Below, piece by piece: positions 10,137 to 20,017 of a stretch of DNA of 64,000 nt (positions are counted from its first letter, which is position 1; every line of letters starts with the position of its first letter). Source of the stretch: Candidatus Woesearchaeota archaeon (GTDB lineage: Archaea; Nanobdellota; Nanobdellia; Woesearchaeales; GW2011-AR15); contig JAVZBY010000001.1 in assembly GCA_038874655.1 (NCBI GenBank), forward strand, positions 52,292 to 116,291, in the 5' to 3' direction. The position numbers and the translations under genes were made by a program. The notes beneath the pieces are model-generated. The model saw only the letters and a program-made list of their open reading frames with translations, had not been told where the DNA came from and did no database searches.

Positions 10137-10305
10137 TTTGACCTTAAAAGTTTTTTAAATGATTTAACTACTATTAGGTAGTTAATTTATATTTATAAAT
10201 TTTTCTATTTTATATTTGTTTGATAAGGTATTTTTTATTATAGATAAATTAAACAATTAAATCAAAGAAAATATTTTTATTAAAACATGATTTCTCTATT
10301 TAAAA

Positions 10306-11445
10306 ATGAGAATTTTAATTGTAGGAAGTGGGCCTGCTGGAAATTTTTCTGCTTATTTACTAGCAAAATCGGGGCATGAGGTTTTTGTTTTTGAAAAAGA
10401 TAAAGAAATTGGAAAGCCAATCCAATGTAGTGGTATTTTAAGTGATTATTTTTTAAACTTTTTAAAACCTAATAAGGAATTTTTGTTAAATGAAATTAAA
10501 AGAACAAGAATATATGCTCCAAATGGTAGATATATTGATGCAAAAATCAAAAAAAATTATGTTATTTGCAGATATAAATTTGATAATTATTTGGCTAATT
10601 TAGCTAAAAAAGAAAAAGTCGTTTATTTTTTAGAACATAGTTTTAAAAGATTTATTATAAAAAAAGAGAATAATGATGAAAAAATTGTTGCTTTTTTTAA
10701 TAACAATGGAAAAGAAGTAAAATTCAAAGCAGATATATTAATCGGTGCTGATGGCCCTCTTAGTGAAGTTGGAAAGCAGAGTGGTTTAATTATTGAAAGA
10801 CAAAATTTTATTGGAACACAAATACAAGCTTATATGAAAAATGATAATGTTGTAGAGTTTTATCCTTATATAGGATGTTATGCATGGATAATCCCAGTTA
10901 ATAAAGATATTGTAAGAATAGGTGTTGTTAGTTATAAAAAGAGTGTTGAATTGTTTAAAAAATTTGTATCCGAAAAAATGAAAGATTATGAAAATAAGAT
11001 TATTGAAAATCAATCTGGAATAATACCTATATTTAATCCTAAGATTAATTTACAAACAAAAGATAGAAGAGTTTTTTTAATTGGGGATGCTGCTACGTTA
11101 GTTAAAGCTACAACAGGTGGTGGCATAAATCAATCTTTAAAAGCAGCTACTATTTTGGCTGATTGCATAAATAATAAAAAAGATTATAATAAAGAAATAA
11201 GGAAAAGAATGTTTTTTGAGTTAAAAGTGCATTTAATTGCTCATAAGATTATGCAAAAGTTTAAGGAAGATGATTGGAATTATTTAATTGATGTTTTTTC
11301 TAAAAAAGAAATGAAAAAAATTCTTTATAATGAGAGTAGAGATAATTTAGTAAAAATGCTTTTTAGTGTTATTACAAAAGAACCTAAATTAATTAAATTT
11401 TTAAGGTATTTATCTAAAGAAGAAATTCTGATTTTACTTTCATAA
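10306..11445 (+). CDS. Geranylgeranyl reductase family FAD oxidoreductase
   Basis: GSGPAG, PIQCSG, IGADG, YAWIIP, LIGDAA..VKATTGGGI. Confidence 0.9.
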   Translation: MRILIVGSGPAGNFSAYLLAKSGHEVFVFEKDKEIGKPIQCSGILSDYFLNFLKPNKEFLLNEIKRTRIYAPNGRYIDAKIKKNYVICRYKFDNYLANLAKKEKVVYFLEHSFKRFIIKKENNDEKIVAFFNNNGKEVKFKADILIGADGPLSEVGKQSGLIIERQNFIGTQIQAYMKNDNVVEFYPYIGCYAWIIPVNKDIVRIGVVSYKKSVELFKKFVSEKMKDYENKIIENQSGIIPIFNPKINLQTKDRRVFLIGDAATLVKATTGGGINQSLKAATILADCINNKKDYNKEIRKRMFFELKVHLIAHKIMQKFKEDDWNYLIDVFSKKEMKKILYNESRDNLVKMLFSVITKEPKLIKFLRYLSKEEILILLS

Positions 11446-11555
11446 GAATTTCTTAAAAACTTTGTTTAGGTGTTTATTTTTATATTAATTATTAGTTAAT
11501 TTTAGATTTGTGCTTTTGCATAATATTTTTAAATTAATTTTAATTCATTATTGAT

Positions 11556-11894
11556 ATGATTCCTATAAATCAAAGACAGATGCAGCAAGCAATGAAAAGA
11601 TTGGGTGTTAATCAAAAAGAGATTGATGCAATAGCTGTAATAATTAGAACTAAAAAAGAAGATATTATTATAAGAAATCCTTCTGTGCAAAAAATTAATA
11701 TGATGGGGCAAGAGAGTTATCAAATATCTGGAGAGGAAGAAATAAGGCCTCTTGAAGAAGAAATGAAAATTAATGAAGAAGATATAAAAACAGTAATGGA
11801 ACAAACAAACGCAAATAGAGAAGTTATAATTGAAACTCTAAAAAAGCATAAAGGGGATTTAGCTTCTACAATATTAGAATTACAAAATAGGTAA
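11556..11894 (+). CDS. nac: Nascent polypeptide-associated complex protein
   Basis: RQMQQAMKRLGV, IRNPSV, YQISG, C-terminal UBA-like EEDIKTVMEQT..GDLASTI. Confidence 0.93.
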   Translation: MIPINQRQMQQAMKRLGVNQKEIDAIAVIIRTKKEDIIIRNPSVQKINMMGQESYQISGEEEIRPLEEEMKINEEDIKTVMEQTNANREVIIETLKKHKGDLASTILELQNR

Positions 11895-11950
11895 AACTAA
11901 CAATAAAAATATAATTATTAAAATAAATTATTAAAAAATCAATTAATAAT

Positions 11951-12415
11951 ATGACTGAAGAATATATTATAAAAAAAGAGAAAGCAATAAAAAGTATTAA
12001 GGTAGCAGACTATATATTAAATATGACTTATCCTTTAGTTAAAGATCCTAAATTACTTAAAGTTGTTTTAAATAATATTTATGATGCATTATATAATACA
12101 ATCGCAATGCTTTTATATTATGAAAGATACCATAAAAGGATTCCGCCTTTTACCGAGAATTATGATGCGATGATTGAAATTTGTAAAGAGGTTTTCAATA
12201 AGTATAATATCAGCAAAGGATACATTGGTTTTTTACATAAAATTAAAGAAATAATTGATATACAAAAAAGATCTGAAGTTGAGTTTGTAAGAAAAGAAAA
12301 GGTTGTTTTTGCTTCACAAGAATATGACTTAAATACACTATCTTTAGATGAAATAAAAGATTATATTGATAAAGCAAAATTATTTATTAATGAAATTATG
12401 AGGTTAATAAAATGA
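11951..12415 (+). CDS. Hypothetical helical protein (possibly HEPN-like fold)
   Basis: All-helical; ADYILNMTYP resembles next gene's IDHLIYVTLK. Confidence 0.7.
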   Translation: MTEEYIIKKEKAIKSIKVADYILNMTYPLVKDPKLLKVVLNNIYDALYNTIAMLLYYERYHKRIPPFTENYDAMIEICKEVFNKYNISKGYIGFLHKIKEIIDIQKRSEVEFVRKEKVVFASQEYDLNTLSLDEIKDYIDKAKLFINEIMRLIK

Positions 12416-12861
12416 TTGAATCAATGGAAAATGCAAAAGAGGAATTAAAAAGAATAGACCATTTAATTTATGTAACTTTAAAATACACAAGAACTGTGGA
12501 TGTTTTCATTAATATTATAGAGAGAATGATAAATTGCTATGAGTATTTAGTTGATGCATTAATAAAATTAAGTGAAAAAGAAGGAAAACTAAAAGAAAAT
12601 TTAGATATGCCTGTTGCTAAAGCAAATTTTATATTAAAACAATTTGATTCAAAAAAAGTCAAAGAAAATATTGAATTTTATTTATTGCTTAGAAAATTAA
12701 AAAGAGCTAATTATGAAAGCACAAATGAATTTAGAAGACATGTAACAATGAGTGCTGTTGTTGATGGAAAAGTAATTACTATAAATATAGATAACATAAC
12801 AGAAAAATTTCATATGCTAAAAGATTTCTTAGACTTTGTGGATAAGAAAGTTAAATTATAA
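12412..12861 (+). CDS. Hypothetical helical protein, probable paralog of the upstream gene
   Basis: 4-nt overlap with upstream gene; similar size; EFRR vs EFVR motif. Confidence 0.7.
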   Translation: MIESMENAKEELKRIDHLIYVTLKYTRTVDVFINIIERMINCYEYLVDALIKLSEKEGKLKENLDMPVAKANFILKQFDSKKVKENIEFYLLLRKLKRANYESTNEFRRHVTMSAVVDGKVITINIDNITEKFHMLKDFLDFVDKKVKL

Positions 12862-12981
12862 AGTATTTTTTTAATTTTAAAAGTTTATATTATATAAATT
12901 AAAGATTATTTATATTGACGATTAAATTTAATGTATTAAATATAATTAATTTTATATAATAAAAATTGTTTTTTATTAATT

Positions 12982-13764
12982 ATGACTAAGTTTATTGTTA
13001 TTGCATCAAGTAAAGGTGGTGTTGGTAAAACAACTACAGCCATAAATTTAGGAACTGCTCTAACTCAATTTAGCAGAGATGTCATTTTAGTTGATGCTAA
13101 TTTAAGTACACCTAATGTTTCTTTATACTTAGGAGCACCAAATATTCCTATAACTTTACATGATGTTTTAAACAAAAATAAAAAAATAACAGATGCATTG
13201 TATATGAGTAGTCATGGTTTAAAGATTATACCTGCAAGCATATCTATAAAGGAAACAAATAAAATTGATTATAAAAAATTGGAAAATGTTATAAAAAGCT
13301 TATCTGGCTTAGCTGAGTTTGTAATTATAGATACTTCTGCAGGTTTAACCGATGAAGCTATTAGTGGAATTAAATTAGGTGATGAAATTATTGTTGTTAG
13401 CACACCTGATTTACCTGCTGTAACTGATGCACTAAGAACAATAAAAAAAGCAAAAGAATTAGGAAAAAAGGTTAGTGGTGTTATTCTAACAAGAGCTTAT
13501 GAAGATGAATTAGAACTAAGCAAAAAGGATATTGAAGCGATTTTAGAAACTGAGGTTATAGCTATTGTTCCTGAAGACGAAACAATGAGGGAAGCTGTTA
13601 GAATGAAAAGCCCTGTAACACACAGTCATCCTAATGCGCCTTCTTCTATAAGTTATAAAGAATTAGCTGCAAAATTATTGGGTGAAAAATATATTGCAAG
13701 CTTAGAACAAAAAGAAGAAAAAGGTTTTGATTCATTATTGAAAAAATTGGGATTAAGTAAATAA
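12982..13764 (+). CDS. minD: MinD/ParA-family ATPase (MinD)
   Basis: Deviant Walker A SKGGVGKTT, LVDANL, IIDTSAG; C-terminal amphipathic GFDSLLKKLGL. Confidence 0.9.
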   Translation: MTKFIVIASSKGGVGKTTTAINLGTALTQFSRDVILVDANLSTPNVSLYLGAPNIPITLHDVLNKNKKITDALYMSSHGLKIIPASISIKETNKIDYKKLENVIKSLSGLAEFVIIDTSAGLTDEAISGIKLGDEIIVVSTPDLPAVTDALRTIKKAKELGKKVSGVILTRAYEDELELSKKDIEAILETEVIAIVPEDETMREAVRMKSPVTHSHPNAPSSISYKELAAKLLGEKYIASLEQKEEKGFDSLLKKLGLSK

Positions 13765-13777
13765 AAAAGTGGTGAGA

Positions 13778-14185
13778 ATGAATTTATTTGAATGGACAAA
13801 TGCTTATATTGATAGTATAAATTTTTTTAAAAAGAATTTACTAAAAAAGGAGATTATAAATAAGAACTTAATAAAATGTGAATACAAGGATAAAAAAGAG
13901 GTTTTCTATTATATTAGTGATGTTATTGATGATTCCTGCATAGAATTTATTAAAAATAATTTTGATAAAAAAATAGTAATTGTAAGTTTAAATAGAAAAG
14001 AAAATATGTCATTGTTAATTAATTATTGGGAAGCATTTATAAAAAATAAAGATTTAAAATTTATTTTTTCGAATCCTAAAGAAAATTTATTTTGGGCTAT
14101 TGTTCCATATACACATAATTTAATTTCCGGTAATTTAAAACTAGGAATAAAAACTTTATTTGAAAGTATTCCTTATTGCGAGTGA
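13778..14185 (+). CDS. Hypothetical protein, co-oriented immediately after minD
   Basis: ATG 13778 after GGTGAG SD; 135 aa. Confidence 0.7.
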   Translation: MNLFEWTNAYIDSINFFKKNLLKKEIINKNLIKCEYKDKKEVFYYISDVIDDSCIEFIKNNFDKKIVIVSLNRKENMSLLINYWEAFIKNKDLKFIFSNPKENLFWAIVPYTHNLISGNLKLGIKTLFESIPYCE

Positions 14186-14274
14186 TTTTCTGAAAATTTT
14201 TAATGAATTATTTTATAAATTTTATACAAAACCTTTTTAAATTTACCACAAATCCAAAAGCATAGGTGATTTTT

Positions 14275-14436
14275 ATGGAATGTATCTCATGTAAAACAAA
14301 AATTGCTAATATGCCTGGCTCTGCTAGATTTTTATGTCCACAATGTGGTAAATATGAAATAATCAGATGTGAAACATGCAGAAAAATAGTTGCTAAATAT
14401 ACTTGCCCAGAGTGTGGATTTGTAGGACCTAATTAA
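14275..14436 (+). CDS. Small zinc-ribbon protein (DUF1610/HVO_2753-like), 53 aa, missing from ORF track
   Basis: MECISCKTKIANMPGSARFLCPQCGKYEIIRCETCRKIVAKYTCPECGFVGPN; four CxxC; AGGTGAT SD; usual position upstream of EF-1beta. Confidence 0.92.
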   Translation: MECISCKTKIANMPGSARFLCPQCGKYEIIRCETCRKIVAKYTCPECGFVGPN

Positions 14437-14509
14437 AAGTTAGTTTTACAAATTTTACACCATATAAATTAGTTTACATAAAATATTCAAAAATAGGAGA
14501 GGTAAAAAA

Positions 14510-14788
14510 ATGGCTGATGTTGTTGTTACTTTAAATGTAATGCCTGAATCACCTGATGTTGATTTAGAAAAACTAGAAAAAGAAGTTTTGATTAAAATAA
14601 AAGAATTTTCAGGAATTGATAACCATAAAACAGAAATAAAACCTGTTGCTTTTGGGTTAAAGATGATTTCAATTATGTTTGTTATGCCTGAAAGTTTAGG
14701 TTCTCCGGATAAGTTAGAAGAAGAAATAAAAAAAATTAAGCATGTTTCCAATGTTGAAATTGCTGATGTAAGAAGAGCTATTGGTTAA
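14510..14788 (+). CDS. ef1b: Translation elongation factor aEF-1beta
   Basis: VMPESPDVDLEKL, PVAFGLK; GGAGAGG SD. Confidence 0.95.
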   Translation: MADVVVTLNVMPESPDVDLEKLEKEVLIKIKEFSGIDNHKTEIKPVAFGLKMISIMFVMPESLGSPDKLEEEIKKIKHVSNVEIADVRRAIG

Positions 14789-15273
14789 AGTAATCTTACA
14801 ACTGCATCATAATCTATTAAAAAAACTTTTTTTCCTATATCTTCTTTTTTTAATTCTAATATTGGCTCTGTAAATGCTAAGTTTGACACTATAGGGTCAC
14901 ATAATATTGCATCAGGTCTGATATAATAATCAAATTGTGAAAGTATCTCAAAAGAATCGTTAACTAATGGATAAAAAGGTTGAATTAAAAAAGGAATTCC
15001 TTGAATTGTGCCATTATCTATAATAGGTGCATCAAAATAAGTTATTTTTTTAGGTGGTAATTGTGAAATTTTTAAAACATTTCCATCTGATAATAAAACT
15101 GCTAAGCTATGTCTGCCATGATCTAAAATTTTTTGTGGATTAAATTCATCAAATTCAGAAGGAATTTTTTTACCTTTTACAAAGGGATTTACATCTTCTA
15201 CATACAAATAATAAAATCTAATTTTATATTCTAGAATATATTCCTCAAGAAGCTCTTGTAATCTAGATTGCAT
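14785..15273 (-). CDS. Hypothetical protein with minimal protein-kinase-like motifs
   Basis: LDHGRHSLAV, VLKI, CDPIVSN, FLIDYD in kinase order; start uncertain. Confidence 0.5.
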   Translation of the reverse strand: MQSRLQELLEEYILEYKIRFYYLYVEDVNPFVKGKKIPSEFDEFNPQKILDHGRHSLAVLLSDGNVLKISQLPPKKITYFDAPIIDNGTIQGIPFLIQPFYPLVNDSFEILSQFDYYIRPDAILCDPIVSNLAFTEPILELKKEDIGKKVFLIDYDAVVRLL

Positions 15274-16361
15274 CTTACACCCCAATCTAAAAAATGTGTC
15301 CTAGTTATTTCTTTGTTTATAATTGAACCTATTTTTGGAATTTGTATTTTTTTTATTTTAGCTATATAATGTAAATCATAAAAACCAACTGCATTTATTT
15401 TTGATTCTTGATTTATAATACTTAATAAATTTATAAGTTCATTGTTATGATTATATTTTTGAATGGCATTTTTATACATTTTTCCAACTAAATCAGAATC
15501 CCATAAAGAACCAATCCATATAGGCCCAGCATAATCCCAATCTTTTATACATTTTTGATTAACTATTTTTATATTTTTGATTTCTAAGATGTCATCTACT
15601 ATTAATCTTTGACTTGTTTTCCAGTTATATAATAAAAATTTATGATTTTTTAATATTTCGTCTGCTTTTTGCCTTCCTTTTTCACATTTAAAAAAAACTC
15701 TATAATAATGGTCTTTATAATAAGAAAATATTGGTGTTAATGCTTTTTCATATTGGCTTGCAATTAATTGCACTTTTCTAATTAAAATTCTTATTCCTGT
15801 TTCATGCATAAACTCGTTTTTTAATGGTTTAGAGAAATATTTTCTTAAACATGCATTTTCAGAATTTCCTGATAAAGCTGCTGTATCTGTTGCGGTTATT
15901 GCTAAAATTCCATTTCTGGATAATCTTAAAATAGATGCTTCTAAAAAAGGATTTGGACTACCAAAAGGATCTACATCAATATAATCAAAACCAGAACTTT
16001 CCAATAAAAATTGAACAGCATCTTTTTCATAAACAAAAATGTTAGAATTATCTAATAAACCATTCAATTTTAAATTTTCAAGAATATTGTTTTTTGTTTT
16101 ATAATCATTAATGGATATATTATTTATTTTTCCTTTATCTAATTCTAATAAAAATCTTATGCTTCTTATTCCTGAACCTGCTAAAATATCTGCAATTTGC
16201 ATTTCTCTATTTGAGAGGGAATTTAACAATAAAATTGAAATATCTCTATTTAATTTCATAACAGGATTATAGAAAACATCTAATTTTTTTGAAATCTTTC
16301 CTTCTGAAATTTTTATTTTTGCTAATCCTTCTTGTATAATTGTTTTATTTTTATCTAACAT
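15231..16361 (-). CDS. trm1: tRNA (guanine-26-N2)-dimethyltransferase Trm1
   Basis: VFYNPVMKLNRD, LAGSGIRSIR, IDVDPFGSP, TATDTA, GPIW; true start likely ATG 16361 (MLDKNK). Confidence 0.93.
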   Translation of the reverse strand: MLDKNKTIIQEGLAKIKISEGKISKKLDVFYNPVMKLNRDISILLLNSLSNREMQIADILAGSGIRSIRFLLELDKGKINNISINDYKTKNNILENLKLNGLLDNSNIFVYEKDAVQFLLESSGFDYIDVDPFGSPNPFLEASILRLSRNGILAITATDTAALSGNSENACLRKYFSKPLKNEFMHETGIRILIRKVQLIASQYEKALTPIFSYYKDHYYRVFFKCEKGRQKADEILKNHKFLLYNWKTSQRLIVDDILEIKNIKIVNQKCIKDWDYAGPIWIGSLWDSDLVGKMYKNAIQKYNHNNELINLLSIINQESKINAVGFYDLHYIAKIKKIQIPKIGSIINKEITRTHFLDWGVRCNLDYKSFLRNIF

Positions 16362-16396
16362 TATAATAAAAGAAAAAGTACTTATTAAAAAAGTAT

Positions 16397-16495
16397 TTGC
16401 CCTTCTTTGCCTAGGAACAGATGGACGCCAAACATTTGTTGGACACAGTCCTTTGTGATAGTTAGAGCCCCTTCTCCTAGATTGCAAAAGGGCAA
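16397..16495. ncRNA. Candidate structured non-coding RNA, family unknown
   Basis: GC-rich 99-nt island with nested stems TTGCCCTT/AAGGGCAA, TTGC/GCAA, CTAGGA/TCCTAG. Confidence 0.55.
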
Positions 16496-16560
16496 TTAAC
16501 TTATAGTTTTATAAGAAAATATATAAAGTTTTTTATTTACATAAATAATTTAGACTATTA

Positions 16561-17286
16561 ATGACAAATCAGAGTAAGGAAAGGTTTAAAATATATAAAA
16601 ATGTTTTTGATGAATTTACATTAAATACTTTATTTAAATTAAGTTCTCAAGGTCATTTTGATGAGTTAATTCAACCAATAAGAATTGGTAAAGAATCTAA
16701 TGTTTTTTTAGCAGATACAAAAGAAGGTGATTATGTTATTGTTAAGATATATAGATTAGCTTCATGTAATTTCAACAAAATGTATTATTATATTAAATCT
16801 GATCCTAGATTCATGGATGTGAAAAACAGACGAAGAATTGTTATTTTTAAATGGGTGCAAAGAGAATACAGAAATTTATTAACAGCTAGAGAAGTTATTA
16901 ATGTGCCTATGCCAATTGCTTTTTCTAATAATGTTATTGTTATGGAATCAATTGGAAAAAATAGTCCTGCGCCACAATTAAAAGATCAATATCCAAAAAA
17001 AAAAGATTATTTTTGCAAAAAAGTTATTGATTTTGTTGAAAAATTAGCTAATTGTGGATTAGTTCATGGCGATCTGTCAGAATTCAATATTTTAAATTTA
17101 AATGATGAGCCTTATTTTATAGATTTTTCACAAGCAACTAGTCTAGATGATCCAAATGCTTTTGAGTATTTAAAGAGGGATTTGGAAAATTTAAAAAGAT
17201 TTTTTGAAAAATTAAATTATAAATTTGATTCAATTAAAATTTTTGAAAAAATAAAAGAAAATCATAATAAAAAAATAATAAGATAA
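16561..17286 (+). CDS. rio1: RIO1-family Ser/Thr kinase
   Basis: IGKESNVF, VKIYR, WVQREYRNL, VHGDLSEFNIL, IDFSQA. Confidence 0.95.
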   Translation: MTNQSKERFKIYKNVFDEFTLNTLFKLSSQGHFDELIQPIRIGKESNVFLADTKEGDYVIVKIYRLASCNFNKMYYYIKSDPRFMDVKNRRRIVIFKWVQREYRNLLTAREVINVPMPIAFSNNVIVMESIGKNSPAPQLKDQYPKKKDYFCKKVIDFVEKLANCGLVHGDLSEFNILNLNDEPYFIDFSQATSLDDPNAFEYLKRDLENLKRFFEKLNYKFDSIKIFEKIKENHNKKIIR

Positions 17287-17339
17287 GATAAATAGAAAAA
17301 ATTAAAAATATACATAATTACTTTATAATAGGTGATAAC

Positions 17340-17576
17340 ATGTCTGAATCTTCAAAAGATGAACAAATTGGATTTCATAAAGGTTCTTTGGCTACTTTAG
17401 CAAAAGAAAGACAGGAATTACTGAAAATGGTTTCTATTGTAGAACAATTAATGCAAATGCATGTTAAAGCTTTACAAGAATTAGGTGTTGATTTGCAAAA
17501 ATTAGCAGAAGAAGCTGAAAAACAGCAAAAAAAGCCGATTGATGAAATAGTGGATAAAGAATCAAAACAAAAGTAA
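17340..17576 (+). CDS. Small coiled-coil hypothetical protein
   Basis: AGGTGAT SD; 78 aa, GFHKGSLATLAKERQEL. Confidence 0.75.
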   Translation: MSESSKDEQIGFHKGSLATLAKERQELLKMVSIVEQLMQMHVKALQELGVDLQKLAEEAEKQQKKPIDEIVDKESKQK

Positions 17577-17608
17577 ATAATGAAAAAGCATATCACTTTT
17601 TATTTCAA

Positions 17609-18004
17609 ATGTTTAAAATAATTTTTTCTTTTTCTGGACATGAAAATCTTATTGGCAATCATAAAAACACATTTGAATTTACAAAAGAAAAAGAGTTAAC
17701 AAAAAAAGGAGATTGTATTATAGGGGTTAATTCTAATTTTGACCATACAAAATTAAAAGAATTATGTAAAAAATTTAAAAAAGCAAAAATCATTATTCAA
17801 TCTGATAAATTTAAAGATGATGTTGTTTTTTATTTAAATAAAAATTTTGATGATGAAAAAGAAATTGTTATAAGAAAATCAAATTTTATTTCAAAGAGAA
17901 CTCTGGGAATTTTAGCTGAAAAATCTGCTTTTGAATTAAATAGAGATTTAATAAAGAGTATAAAAAATAAAGGAGGTTTTTGTGAAATAATTCCAATAGC
18001 TTAA
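17609..18004 (+). CDS. DUF371 family protein
   Basis: GHENL.GNHKNTFEFTKE.ELTKKGDCIIGV, IVIRKSNF. Confidence 0.9.
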   Translation: MFKIIFSFSGHENLIGNHKNTFEFTKEKELTKKGDCIIGVNSNFDHTKLKELCKKFKKAKIIIQSDKFKDDVVFYLNKNFDDEKEIVIRKSNFISKRTLGILAEKSAFELNRDLIKSIKNKGGFCEIIPIA

Positions 18005-18019
18005 TTATAAAAGAGTAAA

Positions 18020-18487
18020 ATGAAAAAAGCAATGAATAATAAAGAAGTTAAAGAATTTCTGGAATTAGTAAAAAATGAATATAATTTAGAATTGCATAAA
18101 AAAGAGAGATATGAAATTTTTGACAATAGTAATGCGAATTATAAAATTATTTTAATTAATAATGTGGCTAAATTTTTTTATTATGAAAATAGACTAATTC
18201 CTAGCTTAAAATTAATTTTAGAAAATAATTTTTTGAAAAAAATAATTATTGATATGGGTGCTGTTAAATTTATTGCTTCAGGTGCAGATGTAATGAGGCC
18301 TGGAATTGTTGATATTGAAGAAGGAATTGAAAAGAATTGTGTTGTTTCTATTATTGATGTTAATAATAAAAAACCAATTGCAGTAGGAATTACTTTGTAT
18401 AGTGGAGAGGAAATAAGGAATATGAATTCTGGAAAGGTAATTAAAAATATACATTATGTAGGTGATAAGATTTGGAATTTCCTTTAG
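18020..18487 (+). CDS. PUA-domain RNA-binding protein (DUF1947/MCT-1-like)
   Basis: DMGAVKFIASGADVMRPGI, IHYVGDKIW. Confidence 0.92.
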   Translation: MKKAMNNKEVKEFLELVKNEYNLELHKKERYEIFDNSNANYKIILINNVAKFFYYENRLIPSLKLILENNFLKKIIIDMGAVKFIASGADVMRPGIVDIEEGIEKNCVVSIIDVNNKKPIAVGITLYSGEEIRNMNSGKVIKNIHYVGDKIWNFL

Positions 18488-18557
18488 TAAATTTTATTAC
18501 TAAATAGTAGTTTAAAAACCTAAAATTTATATAATAGTTCTTTTTAGTTTTTGTAAA

Positions 18558-20012
18558 ATGACTTTAAATGATGTTATAATTTCAGTTAATCAAGAGACAG
18601 TTATAGAATGGATTACTGAAATAGAAGAAAGATATCTAAGTGTAAAAAGAAAAGTTAATGAAATTAATTTAGACAATTGGCCAAAACCTTTATCTAGAGA
18701 ACCAAGCTATCTAGTTAATGGACAAAAAAAAACTTTAGAAGAATTAACAGAAGAGGATTTCAATCCTATTATTAATTTTTTAAGTGGAATATTAAATTTA
18801 TCTACTTTTGAAAATGAAGAAAAAAATATAATTGCTAGGTCAATGGCTATTTTAAATACTGTTTTTTGGAATTTTGAAAAAAATGAAGCAAAAACAAGAA
18901 AATATGAAAGTGTATATAGTATAACGCATTTATTATCTGTGGCTTATATGTTTGAAAATCCTGATTTAGAAACTTTATTAGTTGCTTTAAATCATGATAC
19001 TATTGAAGATTCATATAGACATAAAGTTTTGAAAAGATATTATTTAGGAGAAAATATTTCAGATGAAGATGCTGAATTAGTTGGTTTAAGTGAAGAAGAA
19101 TTAAAAATAAAAGATAAAAGGTTAAAAAGAGGCATTTATAATAAACATTTAAAAGAATTGATTATTAATACTTTATCTTTAATTGGTTTAGAGCATGAAA
19201 AAAGTGAAAGAGTAAGGATTTATTTAGATGCATTAACACATAGAATATATGAAAGTTATGAAAATTATATAAAAAGATTAGTTAGAACAGCAACAAGATT
19301 AGGTGTTGAAGGATATAAGTTAGTTCTAATTAAAGGATATGATAGATTAGATAATTCTCATTTTAATCCGCATTATAATATGCCTGAAATATTTGAAAAA
19401 GAAGGACTTAAAATTTTAAGAGATGCTGTAAAAGATGTTTTTGTTTTAGAGGCTATCTCTGATTATATAGCAAATGAAAAGAGCTTAGATGATAAACAAA
19501 TTGAAGAATTATTAAAAGTAAAAGTTGCTTTGGGTTCATTATTAAATAGAAATATGAACCAATTAATGATTTACATAAGAGAAAATTATAGAAATAGAAG
19601 ATTAACGAGAGAGGGTGAGGAAAAGAATTTAGAAGATTGGTTTAATGAATGCGAAAAAAAATTAAATGAATATTATGAACTAGGTGGATTTAATCAAAGA
19701 GATATCAACCCTAGTAGTAAGAATCCTAACGAAATATTTAAATATAATGGAAGCATAACTTCACTTTCTTTATTTATTGAAGATAAAGGCTCAAATCTTT
19801 TTAGAAGCTTAAGCTATGATTTTGATTTATTAAAACTATACAAATTTTGTGCTGTTGCAAAAGCAATTGGTTGTTTAAATGCTGGATATAATCCATTTAT
19901 TAATGGAAGATTAATTACTAATATAGATGAAAATGATATTTATGGATTAAATAGTTGGGGTAACTATGATTCAAAATTATTAAGATTTCAAATAAGTTGT
20001 ATTGTTATTTAA
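18558..20012 (+). CDS. RelA/SpoT-type HD hydrolase (SAH/Mesh1-like) with large extensions
   Basis: RKYESVYSITHLLSVA, ALNHDTIED, LDALTH, YENYIKRL, LIKGYDRLDN. Confidence 0.75.
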   Translation: MTLNDVIISVNQETVIEWITEIEERYLSVKRKVNEINLDNWPKPLSREPSYLVNGQKKTLEELTEEDFNPIINFLSGILNLSTFENEEKNIIARSMAILNTVFWNFEKNEAKTRKYESVYSITHLLSVAYMFENPDLETLLVALNHDTIEDSYRHKVLKRYYLGENISDEDAELVGLSEEELKIKDKRLKRGIYNKHLKELIINTLSLIGLEHEKSERVRIYLDALTHRIYESYENYIKRLVRTATRLGVEGYKLVLIKGYDRLDNSHFNPHYNMPEIFEKEGLKILRDAVKDVFVLEAISDYIANEKSLDDKQIEELLKVKVALGSLLNRNMNQLMIYIRENYRNRRLTREGEEKNLEDWFNECEKKLNEYYELGGFNQRDINPSSKNPNEIFKYNGSITSLSLFIEDKGSNLFRSLSYDFDLLKLYKFCAVAKAIGCLNAGYNPFINGRLITNIDENDIYGLNSWGNYDSKLLRFQISCIVI

Positions 20013-20017
20013 ATAAA

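Noticed and set aside
16362-16487. 42-aa N-terminal extension of Trm1 in the ORF track
   Set aside because: Reads through the structured GC-rich element; Trm1 similarity begins at ATG 16361.
16397-16495. tRNA, 5S rRNA or SRP RNA identity for the GC-rich island
   Set aside because: No TTCGA T-loop or cloverleaf, no CCGAAC 5S motif, no SRP helix-8 GNRA/AGCA motif on either strand.
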